A DNA stretch of 64,000 nt from a bacterium (lineage in GTDB: Bacteria; Auribacterota; UBA3054; JAPLST01). Each line of letters starts with the position of its first letter. The stretch's first letter is position 1. Under the pieces are notes generated by a model. The model ran no database searches. It worked only from the letters and a program-made list of their open reading frames with translations, and had not been told where the DNA came from. Made by a program: the position numbers and the translations under genes. Shown piece after piece: positions 47,521-57,388 of this stretch. The DNA is taken from positions 48 through 64,047 of the forward strand of contig JAOACZ010000101.1 of NCBI GenBank assembly GCA_026417575.1, given 5' to 3'.

Positions 47521-47878
47521 ATGGGGGGGTGCCGGCCTCGGCGACCGCTTTCTCACACGATCACATCCCACACAAATCCAGCCGCCACAAACTGTCATTT
47601 GCAATCAACAAAAATTGCTGAATGAGCTCGCGCGGGTCCGCGGAATCGAACACAGGCGAAGTTTGCCGCCACCGCGGCCCGTGCCCGTCCATTAAATGGG
47701 ATCCGCACAAATCGCTGCGGGCCTAATTTCACCCATCATTGCGGGCTCCGAGATCGGTGCCCATCCCGATAAATTCACACGACGCGCAACGTCATTTGCT
47801 GACGACCAAAAATGACAGCTTACTTGCCACCTCCGAGGTTGCGCAGCCCTGAGTGTGAGAAATGCAATCTTCGCAGAG
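47521..47878 (+). repeat. Mosaic intergenic repeat, copy C
   Basis: ATGGGGGGGTGCCGGCCTCGGCGACCGC (47521-), TTGCAATCAACAAAAATTG (47599-47617), GTGCCCGTCC 82 nt later. The 3' part is collinear with copy A, and the terminal CTTACTTGCC...GCAGAG with copy B. Confidence 0.7.
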
Positions 47879-47891
47879 CTGTCGTGACATG

Positions 47892-49535
47892 TTACGTCTC
47901 GCCTGAGAGGTAGAAACTACCGCCGGCACGTGACTCGCCGACCGCACTGACGCGAATGGCCGGAAGATCCTCCACAGGACACTCCCGTTGGCACAGACCG
48001 CAGCCAATGCACTGCGCTGGGTCCACATACGGCCGATGGAGCACGATCCGCTTTCCATCTCTCACAACGATTTGTTCGTCCAACGTGTAAATTGCCTTGG
48101 GCGAAACCGGACACACTTCTTGGCAGACGACACAGTTGCGCTGCATCGCCCAGGGCAGGCAGCGGCCGCGATCGAAGAACGCGGTACCGATCTTGATTGG
48201 TTGACCATGGGGATGGCCAAGTTTCTGCGCGATCGTGAGGCGCTGGATGGCACCGCTGGGGCAGACCTGGCCGCATAACGTGCAATTGAGTTCACAATAG
48301 CCGATGCGCATGTTCAAGATGGGGGTGAGGAACCCTTCCACACCGGCCTCGGTGAGGGCTGGTTGGAGAACGTTGGTGGGGCAGATTTTCATGCATAGGC
48401 CGCATTTAAGGCACCGGGCGAGGAATTCGTTTTCAGGAAGTGCGCCGGGCGGACGAATACGCAAGGGGAAGCCACGCGGGCGTGTGGTACCGGCAAGGCG
48501 CACGCCTACTGCCCACGCCACCCCGGCGAGAGCGGCCGCCAGCAAGCGCCGACGGGGTAGACTCGGCCCTGTCGCAGGGGGGATCAAGCGATCCTGGTAG
48601 CCGCCTGCAAATGACCGGTGTTGCTGTACGCTCGTTTCACTCCCAGGTCTGATAGGTTCAGACAGCACAGCGCCTGCTGGAACAGTCTGACGACCATTTG
48701 TGACATGTGCACACGACTTTCCTCGCCGAGCGTAGATCCATTGCCAGCTTAGCGCGCGTTCCGGGCAGCGCTCGATGCAGTTCCAGCACACGAAGCATTC
48801 ATGCGTTTTGACTAGCGTGCTGGGCGAGCACGCGGCTGGGCAAACAGCTTCGCACGTGCCGCATGTGGTGCAACGTTGTGGGTCACGTGTGACAGCGCCG
48901 AGCACCCAGCGCGAGGCGAAGCCAAGCAAAGCACCGAGTGGGCAAACGTAACGGCACCAAAAGCGCGGGCGCCACGCATTCAGCGCGAGCATAGCGACGA
49001 ATAGCACTGCCCACCACACCGCGCCTTGAAAGGAGCGATGCAGAGTCCCGGCACGTAGAAATGAGTTCGCGTCTGTAGCCAATGGTGCGAAAAATACAGT
49101 GGTGACGCGCGCGAACAAGGCAATAGGGTCGAACAAACCTACCTGGAGAACGCCGAGCACAGCGGCGGCAAGGAGACCGACGGTAAGCAGGTATTTAATA
49201 TTTTGGAGGGGGAGCCAGCGATTGCGTGCGATGCGCGTTGCTGTGGCGCGCGGCTCTGCCAGCCAGCTTGCGAGGTGCAGAACAGTACCCAGCGGGCAGA
49301 GCCAGCCGCAAAAGACGCGGCCAACCAGGGCGGTCAATGCGAGTAGGAGAAAACCGAGCCACATCCAGTGTGCTACGTTCCATGAAGCCAAAAGGGCGCC
49401 GAGTGCATTGAGTGCAGAGCTATCAAGGAACCACGTGACGGGATAGCCGCGCAGTCGCTCCTGCGCGCACAGCCAGAAGAAGAGCACCCATAGGCTGAGG
49501 AAGAAGACCTGGTAGTAAATGCGCAGGGCTCTCAT
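47892..49535 (-). CDS. Membrane polyferredoxin: NapH/MauN-like N-terminal half fused to a NapG/MauM-like multi-[4Fe-4S] C-terminal half
   Basis: Start set at M13 of the track ORF because its ATG forms an ATGA overlap with the upstream DUF362 stop. CGWLCPLGT and CRYVCPLGAL membrane motifs. Six CxxCxxC(xxx)CP clusters (CTTCGTCEAVCP, CFVCWNCIERCP, CLKCGLCMKICP, CTLCGQVCP, CVVCQEVCP, CIGCGLCQRECP). Confidence 0.75.
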   Translation of the reverse strand: MRALRIYYQVFFLSLWVLFFWLCAQERLRGYPVTWFLDSSALNALGALLASWNVAHWMWLGFLLLALTALVGRVFCGWLCPLGTVLHLASWLAEPRATATRIARNRWLPLQNIKYLLTVGLLAAAVLGVLQVGLFDPIALFARVTTVFFAPLATDANSFLRAGTLHRSFQGAVWWAVLFVAMLALNAWRPRFWCRYVCPLGALLGFASRWVLGAVTRDPQRCTTCGTCEAVCPAACSPSTLVKTHECFVCWNCIERCPERALSWQWIYARRGKSCAHVTNGRQTVPAGAVLSEPIRPGSETSVQQHRSFAGGYQDRLIPPATGPSLPRRRLLAAALAGVAWAVGVRLAGTTRPRGFPLRIRPPGALPENEFLARCLKCGLCMKICPTNVLQPALTEAGVEGFLTPILNMRIGYCELNCTLCGQVCPSGAIQRLTIAQKLGHPHGQPIKIGTAFFDRGRCLPWAMQRNCVVCQEVCPVSPKAIYTLDEQIVVRDGKRIVLHRPYVDPAQCIGCGLCQRECPVEDLPAIRVSAVGESRAGGSFYLSGET

Positions 49536-50515
49536 ACTTGGACTTCCTTGAAATGCGGCAGGGCGCGCCAATCAGGCGAGCCAAGGCCGCGCTGTGCAGA
49601 CCGCTCAATGAAGCCGACCTCAGACGGTGCCACATTCAACCATGTACAGGCCAGCGCGTCTAAAGCGACTTGGTCGGTGCCCGCGGCGATCACATTCCCC
49701 GGCACCACATCGGCGAGACTGCCTCCGGTAGGTCCGTTGGTCATGAGCAAACGAGTGCCGTCAATGATGACGAGCGTCGGCGTAATGAAAGCTGCCAGAT
49801 CTGCGATGGCGTCGTGAATAACCTGATGCAAACGTGCGCGCCCATGGCCGAGAAAGCCATACCAATTTTTCATCGCCAGGGACACGCGTGAAAGGTTGTG
49901 AGATTTTGCTGTGGGGACGCCGATGAGTTTCGTCGCCCAGCGGAGCGGCGCCAGGAGCACTTCCCAGGGGCCAATGACTGCGGTGCCAACGCGGGCCGAG
50001 CCGAACAGGGCTGGGGTGGGCAGCCAAACAGTGCCCCCCGCGCGCTTGGTAGCATCGTGGAGGCCAGACTTAACAAAGCACCCTTCGGCGTTATTAATGG
50101 GGTTGTCCGTGACGCGCACTTCTGCACCCGCGGCGCGGCACTGGCGCACTACTTCGGCGAGGACTTCTGGCGAGGTAGTAGCACCAAAATGAGCCGGGCG
50201 GTCGAACGCACAGTTGGGCTTAATCAGCACACGGTCACCCGGCTTGATAAACCGAGCGATACCGCCTAGTTCCGCGAGAGCGGCTGCGACCATGGCAGCG
50301 GGCGAGGTGCCGCGAACAAGGACCAGCATGCCCTCCGTCCCGGAGACGGCGAAGGAGGGAATCTCCGCGGCAGAATGAGATGCTGGGACCAGCCGGCGCT
50401 GGTGAAAGAGCCAGCCGGTAAGCCCTGCAAGAGACGCGGTTGCCACCGCCCCCGCCGCACGCTTCAGGAGCGCTCGGCGCGTTACCAGAGGATGATTCTC
50501 ACTTCCATGCGTCAT
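49532..50515 (-). CDS. DUF362 domain protein with twin-arginine (Tat) signal
   Basis: 327 aa. TRRALLKRAAGAVATASLAGL signal. VLIKPNCAFDRPAHFGATTSPEVLAEVVRQCRAAGAEVRVTDNP. 4-nt overlap with the upstream gene. Confidence 0.7.
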   Translation of the reverse strand: MTHGSENHPLVTRRALLKRAAGAVATASLAGLTGWLFHQRRLVPASHSAAEIPSFAVSGTEGMLVLVRGTSPAAMVAAALAELGGIARFIKPGDRVLIKPNCAFDRPAHFGATTSPEVLAEVVRQCRAAGAEVRVTDNPINNAEGCFVKSGLHDATKRAGGTVWLPTPALFGSARVGTAVIGPWEVLLAPLRWATKLIGVPTAKSHNLSRVSLAMKNWYGFLGHGRARLHQVIHDAIADLAAFITPTLVIIDGTRLLMTNGPTGGSLADVVPGNVIAAGTDQVALDALACTWLNVAPSEVGFIERSAQRGLGSPDWRALPHFKEVQV

Positions 50516-51465
50516 GGTCGTTTTTCCGCTTCACCGTACAGGTGTCCGCCCAGGTGGTCTTGCAAGAGAGCCCAGTGCTGCGTCAAGCTTTCAAATGACT
50601 CAGCCTCGCGCACACCAACGATCAGCGCATTGGTGTGCGCAATACGTTCCCATAGGTCCAGCATGAGACCGCTAAAGCCATCAACGTACCTGTAGATCTG
50701 CGAGCCACCGAACTGAGAAAACTCGCGTGCGTACTGGGCCACCCGCGCTGCGGCTGCGGCCGGATCACGTTCACGTATAACGAACCACGTAGCTTGGGCC
50801 CCCGCGTGCTCGTAGCGGGCCGCGTGGACATTTTCCAACGCCTGGAAGCCAAAAGCCGCGCTGGGCAAAAATTCCCGCGAGCCCTCTTGAAGGCCATCCT
50901 CAGGAAGGAGGGTCGCGGGATCGCTTGTCGTACTTCCGAACGTTGGCAGGTGCTGACAAACCAAACTGAGCAGATTGGTAGCTTCAACCAAGGATGGCTG
51001 GGCCGAGGCGCTACTAAGGTAGACGTAAAAGCGCCCGCAGTGGGTTGCGGCGGCGCCGGGTGCACTCCACGTGGCGCCATCAGGCAGTACTGTAGCACCC
51101 TTTGGCTTTTCCGCCAGCCACACGCCGCGTGCGCCCGCTGGTGTTGTCAGTGTGTAGAGGTACAAGTCCCACGTCGTGCTTCCCCGCCAGGTGATGCACT
51201 GCAGACTTTCCGCGCCGTACTGGAGGAACAGTACGTCGCGCCCATCAATTTTTTCGTACATGCGCTCGCGAGGAAACCAAGCTGGAGCGCTGGCGCGCCA
51301 GGAGCCAAGGACGGACGGTAAGGTGAGACCTTGGTGCCGCGCTTCGCCGTTCGGGGGCCGGAAGAATGCGGGATCATACGTACGGCCTCGCCACAAAACA
51401 AAGGCGACCAGCCCCACAGGTCCGACCCACGCAACTGCACGGACAATTCTGCACACGTTAGCCAA
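50512..51465 (-). CDS. Hypothetical N-terminally anchored protein (no family assigned)
   Basis: 317-aa ORF. One N-terminal hydrophobic segment (VAWVGPVGLVAFVLW). 8-nt and 4-nt overlaps with its neighbours support that it is translated. Confidence 0.55.
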   Translation of the reverse strand: MANVCRIVRAVAWVGPVGLVAFVLWRGRTYDPAFFRPPNGEARHQGLTLPSVLGSWRASAPAWFPRERMYEKIDGRDVLFLQYGAESLQCITWRGSTTWDLYLYTLTTPAGARGVWLAEKPKGATVLPDGATWSAPGAAATHCGRFYVYLSSASAQPSLVEATNLLSLVCQHLPTFGSTTSDPATLLPEDGLQEGSREFLPSAAFGFQALENVHAARYEHAGAQATWFVIRERDPAAAAARVAQYAREFSQFGGSQIYRYVDGFSGLMLDLWERIAHTNALIVGVREAESFESLTQHWALLQDHLGGHLYGEAEKRP

Positions 51466-52594
51466 AGACCGTGGCTATGCGCTGGATGTGATGGCAGACA
51501 GGGACGTGCTGCGGGCACACGCGCTCGCAGGTGCCGCATTTGGTGCAGGCCTGCGGCCCCATATGCGGCGGCAACTCGGCAAGCGTATCCTGCACCGCAG
51601 TCACGTAATCCGCGCGACTCAGGTAATAATCCGAGCAGCGCACAAGATCAGCAACCGCCACGCCGCGTGGGCAGGCAGCTACACACGCGCCGCACATCGT
51701 GCAGTGCCCAGCCAGTGTGAGTCGCGCAAGACGTTCCACCTCGTGTGCGTCTGCCGATGCGGCGGGTGTCGCCGCTGCACTCAACAAGCTGTCACATTGC
51801 TGAAACGTCGTGATCGTTTTGTTGATCGTGGCGACGCCAGGCAGCCCAAGGTATACGGGAATGGCTTTCTGATACGTGAGCGCACCAAGCCCATTTTCCG
51901 TTTTCATCAAGATGATACCGACGCCCGCTTTCGCTGCCCGCTCAAAGATTGGGAGACATTCTTTTTTCATGGTTAAATTAAAGCTCGGCATGAGAACATC
52001 GTAGAAGCCTTGATCGAGTGCTTCCTGCATACAAGCCGCCATGTCGCCATGCGTAGTGAGCCCAATAGCTTTTGTTTTTTGCGCCTTTTTGAGCCTCTCC
52101 GCAGCTTTTGCGTACTGCGGATTTTTGACTTCACGTCGATCATGCAAGTTGAACAAGGCAAGATCCACAGAGTCAACGCCAAGCTGCTTCAGGGCCTCAT
52201 CGAAAGCGCGCAAGTCGTCGGCTCGCCAGGTAATTTTCAGGGCCAGCACAACCTTCTCACGTTGACCTTTAATGGCCTGGCCCACGTTGCGAATGGCGCG
52301 CCCAGCCGCGTAGCCAGTGGACGTGTGAATGAGGTTAATGCCTTGGGAAAGACAATAGCGCAACACCGCGACCGACTGACCAGCACCGGTGCCCACGGAG
52401 ATAACGGGAACCGTGAGTTGGGATTTCCCGAGAACGCGGCGCGGGACAGATGGAGCCCTGGCTGGCACAGGTGCTGCGCCTGCAGAACCGGCTTTGTTGG
52501 TTAATGCAGCTATGGCGGCGCGCGGGAGCGCTGCAGCAAGCGCTGCTAAGCCTGCCACATTGAGAAGCTGACGGCGGGATAATAGTGAACTCAT
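51458..52594 (-). CDS. Tat-exported aldo/keto reductase with C-terminal 2x[4Fe-4S] ferredoxin-like domain
   Basis: Start at an internal ATG with an AGGAGA RBS. MSSLLSRRQLLNVAGLAALAAALPRAAIA (Tat). AKR-like core (GINLIHTSTGYAAGRAI...). C-terminus CTMCGACVAACP...CTKCGTCERVCP. Confidence 0.7.
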   Translation of the reverse strand: MSSLLSRRQLLNVAGLAALAAALPRAAIAALTNKAGSAGAAPVPARAPSVPRRVLGKSQLTVPVISVGTGAGQSVAVLRYCLSQGINLIHTSTGYAAGRAIRNVGQAIKGQREKVVLALKITWRADDLRAFDEALKQLGVDSVDLALFNLHDRREVKNPQYAKAAERLKKAQKTKAIGLTTHGDMAACMQEALDQGFYDVLMPSFNLTMKKECLPIFERAAKAGVGIILMKTENGLGALTYQKAIPVYLGLPGVATINKTITTFQQCDSLLSAAATPAASADAHEVERLARLTLAGHCTMCGACVAACPRGVAVADLVRCSDYYLSRADYVTAVQDTLAELPPHMGPQACTKCGTCERVCPQHVPVCHHIQRIATVFG

Positions 52595-53052
52595 GTGATG
52601 TCTCCTGCTCTTTTTCTTTCGATGAAACAGCCGGCACCAAGCACTATTATATTCGCGTTCAAGTATAGCACATTTCCAACCACGGCGCAAAGCTGTGAGC
52701 GACATGCTAAAGGGCACGCGTGATCCTATGGTTGCTCCGTGTTGTGGCTCAACTGATTGGGCCATAACAATTTCGTTCGCCGCCCGTTCAGTCGCCGCAG
52801 CCTGGGTGTTTCACACAAAGCAGATCCCACGTATCGCGCCCTTCACCCCGTCAGGAACCCGCTTCCCGTAGATAGGTAAAGGCATCGCATCGTTTCAGCC
52901 AGCAACTGTTTGCTTGACAACCGTTTGGCTGTTTCATTACCATGCTTATACTCATGCGCTTTTCGCTTGCACCCCCCTCATCTCCCACGCGACCGCCTTT
53001 CATCTCGTCGGTTGTCGGGAGATATGTGTTACCTTCATGAGCGTGTGGCTGA

Positions 53053-54129
53053 ATGACTAGCTCGTTCTCCACAATGACGTCGCGCGAGCGTGTCCTGGCA
53101 GCCATTGCCCTTCAGCCAGTTGATCGTATTCCTACAGATCTTTGGGCCACCCCCGAGGTCTGGGACATGCTGCGCGCACGCTTCGGCAGCACCACGGAAG
53201 TGTGTGCTGCGTTGCACATTGACGGTTTCGCAGGCCTGGAACCGCGCTATGTGGGCCCGCCTCTGCCAGAGGTTGCCACAGGGGAAAATGTGGATTTCTG
53301 GGGCATCCGCACCACCCGCGTCACATACGTCGGCGGGGCCTACCAAGAGCAGTCCTTCTGTCCTCTCGCCGCGGCGGAGACTATTGACGATCTCGCTCGG
53401 TACCCCTGGCCGCAGGTAGCGTGGTTCGACTTCTCCACTCTGCCAGAGGTGGCCCGCGCTGCACGACGTACCCACGCCATCCAGTGTGGCTACATGGCAC
53501 CTTTTTATCAGCACATCTTGTTGCGCGGTCTCGAACAAGCCTTGCTCGACCCTCTTGAACGCCCTGAGTTCACTCACGAGTTGCTTCAGCGCATTACAGC
53601 CTTCCTCTACGCTTACCATCGTCGCCTCTTTGAGGTGTGCGAAGGCCTCATCGACGTCGCACAGGTTACTGATGATCTAGGCTCACAGCACGGTCCATTA
53701 ATTAGCCTGGAAACGTATCGTACGTTCTACGCGCCACATCATCGCCGACTGATCGCCTTGTGTCATGAATTCGGTATCAAAGTACTCCACCATAATGATG
53801 GCGCGATTCGCCCTTTCCTGCCTCTCCTGGTGGAGATGGGAATTGACATTCTCAACCCAGTACAGTGGACGTGTCCAGGAATGGAGATGTCCGCTTTAAA
53901 ACGTGATTTTGGTGGTCGCTTATGTTTCCATGGTGCTGTGGAAAACCAGCGCATCCTGCCCTTTGGCACGCCGGAGGATGTGCGCGCCGAAGTGCGCCAT
54001 TGCATCGACGCGCTCGCCAGTGATGGTACTGGGTACATCCTTGCGTCATGTCACAACTTGCAGCCCAACACGCCGTTGGAGAACATTGTGGCAATGTACG
54101 ATGAAGCGTATCATTACGGGAAGCGCTAA
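53053..54129 (+). CDS. Uroporphyrinogen-decarboxylase (URO-D) family protein, methyltransferase/decarboxylase-like
   Basis: 358 aa. SRERVLAAIALQPVDRIPTDLW...VTDDLGSQHGPLISLETYRTFYAPHHRRLI...ILNPVQWTCPGME. The start could also be ATG 53074. Confidence 0.7.
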   Translation: MTSSFSTMTSRERVLAAIALQPVDRIPTDLWATPEVWDMLRARFGSTTEVCAALHIDGFAGLEPRYVGPPLPEVATGENVDFWGIRTTRVTYVGGAYQEQSFCPLAAAETIDDLARYPWPQVAWFDFSTLPEVARAARRTHAIQCGYMAPFYQHILLRGLEQALLDPLERPEFTHELLQRITAFLYAYHRRLFEVCEGLIDVAQVTDDLGSQHGPLISLETYRTFYAPHHRRLIALCHEFGIKVLHHNDGAIRPFLPLLVEMGIDILNPVQWTCPGMEMSALKRDFGGRLCFHGAVENQRILPFGTPEDVRAEVRHCIDALASDGTGYILASCHNLQPNTPLENIVAMYDEAYHYGKR

Positions 54130-54213
54130 AGGTGCGCCAGGCACCGACGTGTCAGCGCCTGCCAAACCAAGCCGCACACGTGTTTCAGCATCCGGGGAAG
54201 ACAGCCCAGCGCA

Positions 54214-55056
54214 ATGACAGACCCATCTGACGATTTGTTCACGGCGCCGTTTGCGCCCGCACAACCGTACGCAGGACGCTGGTACATTGGTACGAGTGGC
54301 TATGTCTTCTCGGACTGGGTGGGTACCGTGTACCCGGAGCGTTTGAGCGAACGGCGCATGCTTGCCTACTACCTGGAGCACTTTCAATTCAACGCGCTCG
54401 AGTTGAATTTTACCTTTTATCACATGCCGGCTGCGGCGCAACTGGCCCGCTTTGCTCAGCGGGTTCCTCCACGCTTCCAACTGGCCGTCAAAGCACATCA
54501 ATCACTAACACACGAACGGCCGGCTCCTGACGATCATACCCCGTTCCGCACCTTCGCAGCAGCACTTGCGCCCCTGCAGGCTACGCACACGTTGGCAGCA
54601 GTACTGCTGCAATTCCCCTACTCGTTTCAGTACGCGCCGGCTGCGACCGAGTGGCTCCGTCGCTGTCGTGACGAACTACCCGAGCTCCCCCTGGCGATTG
54701 AATTTCGACATGAGTCGTGGTGTCGTGCCGAAGCTGTCACCTTGCTAAAATCATTGACGTGTGTGTTTTGCATGGTGGATGGCCCACGGCTGCGTGGCCT
54801 GATGCCACTGTTTTGCGCCGATACTGGGGCGTTCTTGTACCTGCGCCTCCACGGCCGGAATCAGAAGTGGTTTTCCGGCGGCGCAAAAGAGCGTTACAAC
54901 TACGATTACTCAGAGGCAGAACTGCGTGAGATTTTGCAGCGTGTGCAAGCGCTCGCCGACCAGACGAAGAAGGTCCTCGTGTTTTTTAACAACTGCTACA
55001 TGGGGCGCGCTGTCACCAACGCCTTGCGCTTTCGCGCGCTGATTGAGGAAAGCTAG
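54214..55056 (+). CDS. DUF72 (UPF0759) family protein
   Basis: 280 aa. WYIGTSGYVFSDWVGTVYPERL...YLEHFQFNALELNFTFYHMP...EFRHESW...YLRLHGRN. Confidence 0.8.
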   Translation: MTDPSDDLFTAPFAPAQPYAGRWYIGTSGYVFSDWVGTVYPERLSERRMLAYYLEHFQFNALELNFTFYHMPAAAQLARFAQRVPPRFQLAVKAHQSLTHERPAPDDHTPFRTFAAALAPLQATHTLAAVLLQFPYSFQYAPAATEWLRRCRDELPELPLAIEFRHESWCRAEAVTLLKSLTCVFCMVDGPRLRGLMPLFCADTGAFLYLRLHGRNQKWFSGGAKERYNYDYSEAELREILQRVQALADQTKKVLVFFNNCYMGRAVTNALRFRALIEES

Positions 55057-55343
55057 TCGCCTTTTCTCTCCACGGCAACGTACGTCGTGAGGGTGGTCGC
55101 GCACCATGTTTCTCTGCGGTCCTGCCACACCAAGACGAGGGCAGGGCCCGCGCGTCCCCTCCACAGCAGGAACAAGCCCAGACAGCGTATCCAACGCCGT
55201 GGGCGACGGACAGAAGCTCGTTAGTGGTATTTGCGTGAACCTCGACCACACTCGGAAAACAAAGTAGTGACCGCGCCAGCGCGCCTCAAGAAAGACAAAA
55301 CCGCCACTGCCCACGGTTCGTGGGCATGTGGCGGTCGGAGAAC

Positions 55344-55420
55344 TGGCGCGAGTGACGAGACTTGAACTCGCAACCTCTGCCGTGACAGGGCAGCGCTCTA
55401 ACCAGTTGAGCTACACCCGC
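55344..55420 (-). tRNA. tRNA-Asp (anticodon GTC), encoded CCA
   Basis: Hand-folded. GCGGGTGTAGCTCAACTGGTTAGAGCGCTGCCCTGTCACGGCAGAGGTTGCGAGTTCAAGTCTCGTCACTCGCGCCA. Anticodon loop CTGTCAC. Confidence 0.9.
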
Positions 55421-55427
55421 GCGAAAA

Positions 55428-57236
55428 TTACGTCGTCGGTGGTTCTGTCCGCGTCTCAGTACTTGCCAAGTCGCCACTAGCCACAGAGATATCAATTCCC
55501 GACTCGAAGCGTTTGGGCTCGGGTGGCGGAGCAGCCGTTTCTGTTGCCCCCGCGCTCTCTTGCGCGGCGCGCTGAGCCTCCATGGCCTTATCACGCTCGT
55601 ACGCGCGAATACTCACGGCAATCTTGCGCTCGCCCGGCTCCACGCGCACAATCTTGCCCGTGACCTCGTCGCCTACCTTCACTACGTCGCGGACACTCCC
55701 CACTTGGCGGTCCGCCAGCTCGGAGATGTGAATGAGCCCCTCGATATCATGCTGAAGCTGGATGAACGCGCCAAACGACGTAGTGTTGGTGATCTTCCCT
55801 GTGACGATGTCACCTTCTTTGTATAGGTCATGAATGTGTTCCCACGGGTCGGGAGTCAGTTGCTTGAGCCCCAGCGCGATTTTGCGCTCCGCGGCGTTCA
55901 CATTGAGCACCACCGCCTCAACTTCGTCGTTTTTCTTCAGCATCTCCGAAGGGTGATTAATCTTGCGGGTCCACGACATGTCGGAGACGTGAATGAGCCC
56001 ATCAATGCCCTCTTCCAGCTCAACAAACGCCCCGTAGGTTGTCAGATTGCGCACAATCCCGCGCACTTTGGAGCCGACGGGATAACGCTCCTCGACCGTA
56101 TCCCACGGATTCGGCTGCGTCTGACGCATTCCCAGGCTGATCTTCTGGTCATAGGGATCCACATTTAAGACCACCGCCGTCACTTCGTCACCCAACTTGA
56201 CAAATTCGGATGGATGATTCACCTTGCGGGTCCAGGAGAATTCCGAGATGTGGATTAAACCTTCTACACCTTCTTCCAGTTCGACAAACGCGCCGTACGG
56301 GAGAATATTGACGACCTTACCGCGCACAGTTGAGTTCACCGGGTATTTGCTCTCCACGTCCAACCACGGATTGTCGTACATCTGTTTAATGCCGAGTGCT
56401 ACCCGTTCTTTCTCGTAGTCAATGCCAATGATCATCACGTCCACCGGCTGGCCCAACTGCAGCATTTCCGACGGATGATTGATCCGTCCCCACTTCATGT
56501 CGGTGAGGTGTAACAGCCCATCAATTCCATGCAGATCAATGAAGGCACCGAAGTCGGTGATGTTTTTGACCACGCCACGGCGAATGTCACCCACTTTGAT
56601 CTTCTCAAGGAAGTCACGTTTGCGTTCCATGCGCTCCTGATCCAAGAGCTCCCGCCGTGAAACAACCACATTCTGCCGTTCATGGTTGACTTTGATCACC
56701 TTGACCTCGATTTCCTGACCGAGGTACTCGTCCACATTCTTCACGTTCTGCAAGGCAATCTGCGAGGACGGTAAGAACGCGTCTATGCCGCCGATGGAGA
56801 CCATCAAACCGCCCTTCACTTTGCGTGTGACCTTGCCCTTCACCCGCCCGTCGCTCTCACATGCGTGCAACATCTGCTGCCAGGCACGTTGCTTGTCAGC
56901 TTGTACTTTTGAAAGCTGAATCGTGCCATCACGATCCTCGCGTTGCACCAGCAACACGTCGATCGTTTGCCCCACACGAATCTCCTCGTCGGGGCCAAAT
57001 TCCTCGCGTGGGATTACCCCTTCTGATTTCAACCCAACATCAACAACTACATGTTGGGGCTGAATGGCAACAACGCGCCCAGTTACAATATTGCCCTCCT
57101 CCGCTTGCTTGAAAGAGGCATGATACAGGTGCCGCAGCTCTTCCTCCCGCGGAGTCTCGTAATTTGATGGTGTGATGCCCCATTCGGCGAAGTTAATTTT
57201 TTGCTCCGGATCTGCTGTCTTGATAACAAATCCCAT
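55428..57236 (-). CDS. rpsA: 30S ribosomal protein S1
   Basis: 602 aa with six S1-domain repeats (e.g. G.IVTGRVVAI, VKGKVTRKVKGGLMVSI, RRGVVKNITDFGAFIDL, VRGKVVNILPYGAFVEL, VRGIVRNLTTYGAFVEL, VTGKITNTTSFGAFIQL). Confidence 0.93.
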   Translation of the reverse strand: MGFVIKTADPEQKINFAEWGITPSNYETPREEELRHLYHASFKQAEEGNIVTGRVVAIQPQHVVVDVGLKSEGVIPREEFGPDEEIRVGQTIDVLLVQREDRDGTIQLSKVQADKQRAWQQMLHACESDGRVKGKVTRKVKGGLMVSIGGIDAFLPSSQIALQNVKNVDEYLGQEIEVKVIKVNHERQNVVVSRRELLDQERMERKRDFLEKIKVGDIRRGVVKNITDFGAFIDLHGIDGLLHLTDMKWGRINHPSEMLQLGQPVDVMIIGIDYEKERVALGIKQMYDNPWLDVESKYPVNSTVRGKVVNILPYGAFVELEEGVEGLIHISEFSWTRKVNHPSEFVKLGDEVTAVVLNVDPYDQKISLGMRQTQPNPWDTVEERYPVGSKVRGIVRNLTTYGAFVELEEGIDGLIHVSDMSWTRKINHPSEMLKKNDEVEAVVLNVNAAERKIALGLKQLTPDPWEHIHDLYKEGDIVTGKITNTTSFGAFIQLQHDIEGLIHISELADRQVGSVRDVVKVGDEVTGKIVRVEPGERKIAVSIRAYERDKAMEAQRAAQESAGATETAAPPPEPKRFESGIDISVASGDLASTETRTEPPTT

Positions 57237-57388
57237 AAAAGTTACCCGGTTACGAACGTGTCACCACAATGTGCGTTATGCCGCGCCGTGGACGCGCACC
57301 GCCGGCGTGACTTCAGTACTGCTCAGGCGGCGCAGCGCGTCCCGCAGCCACCTGCCGTGATCACCATACTATGATCGAGCGGAAATAC

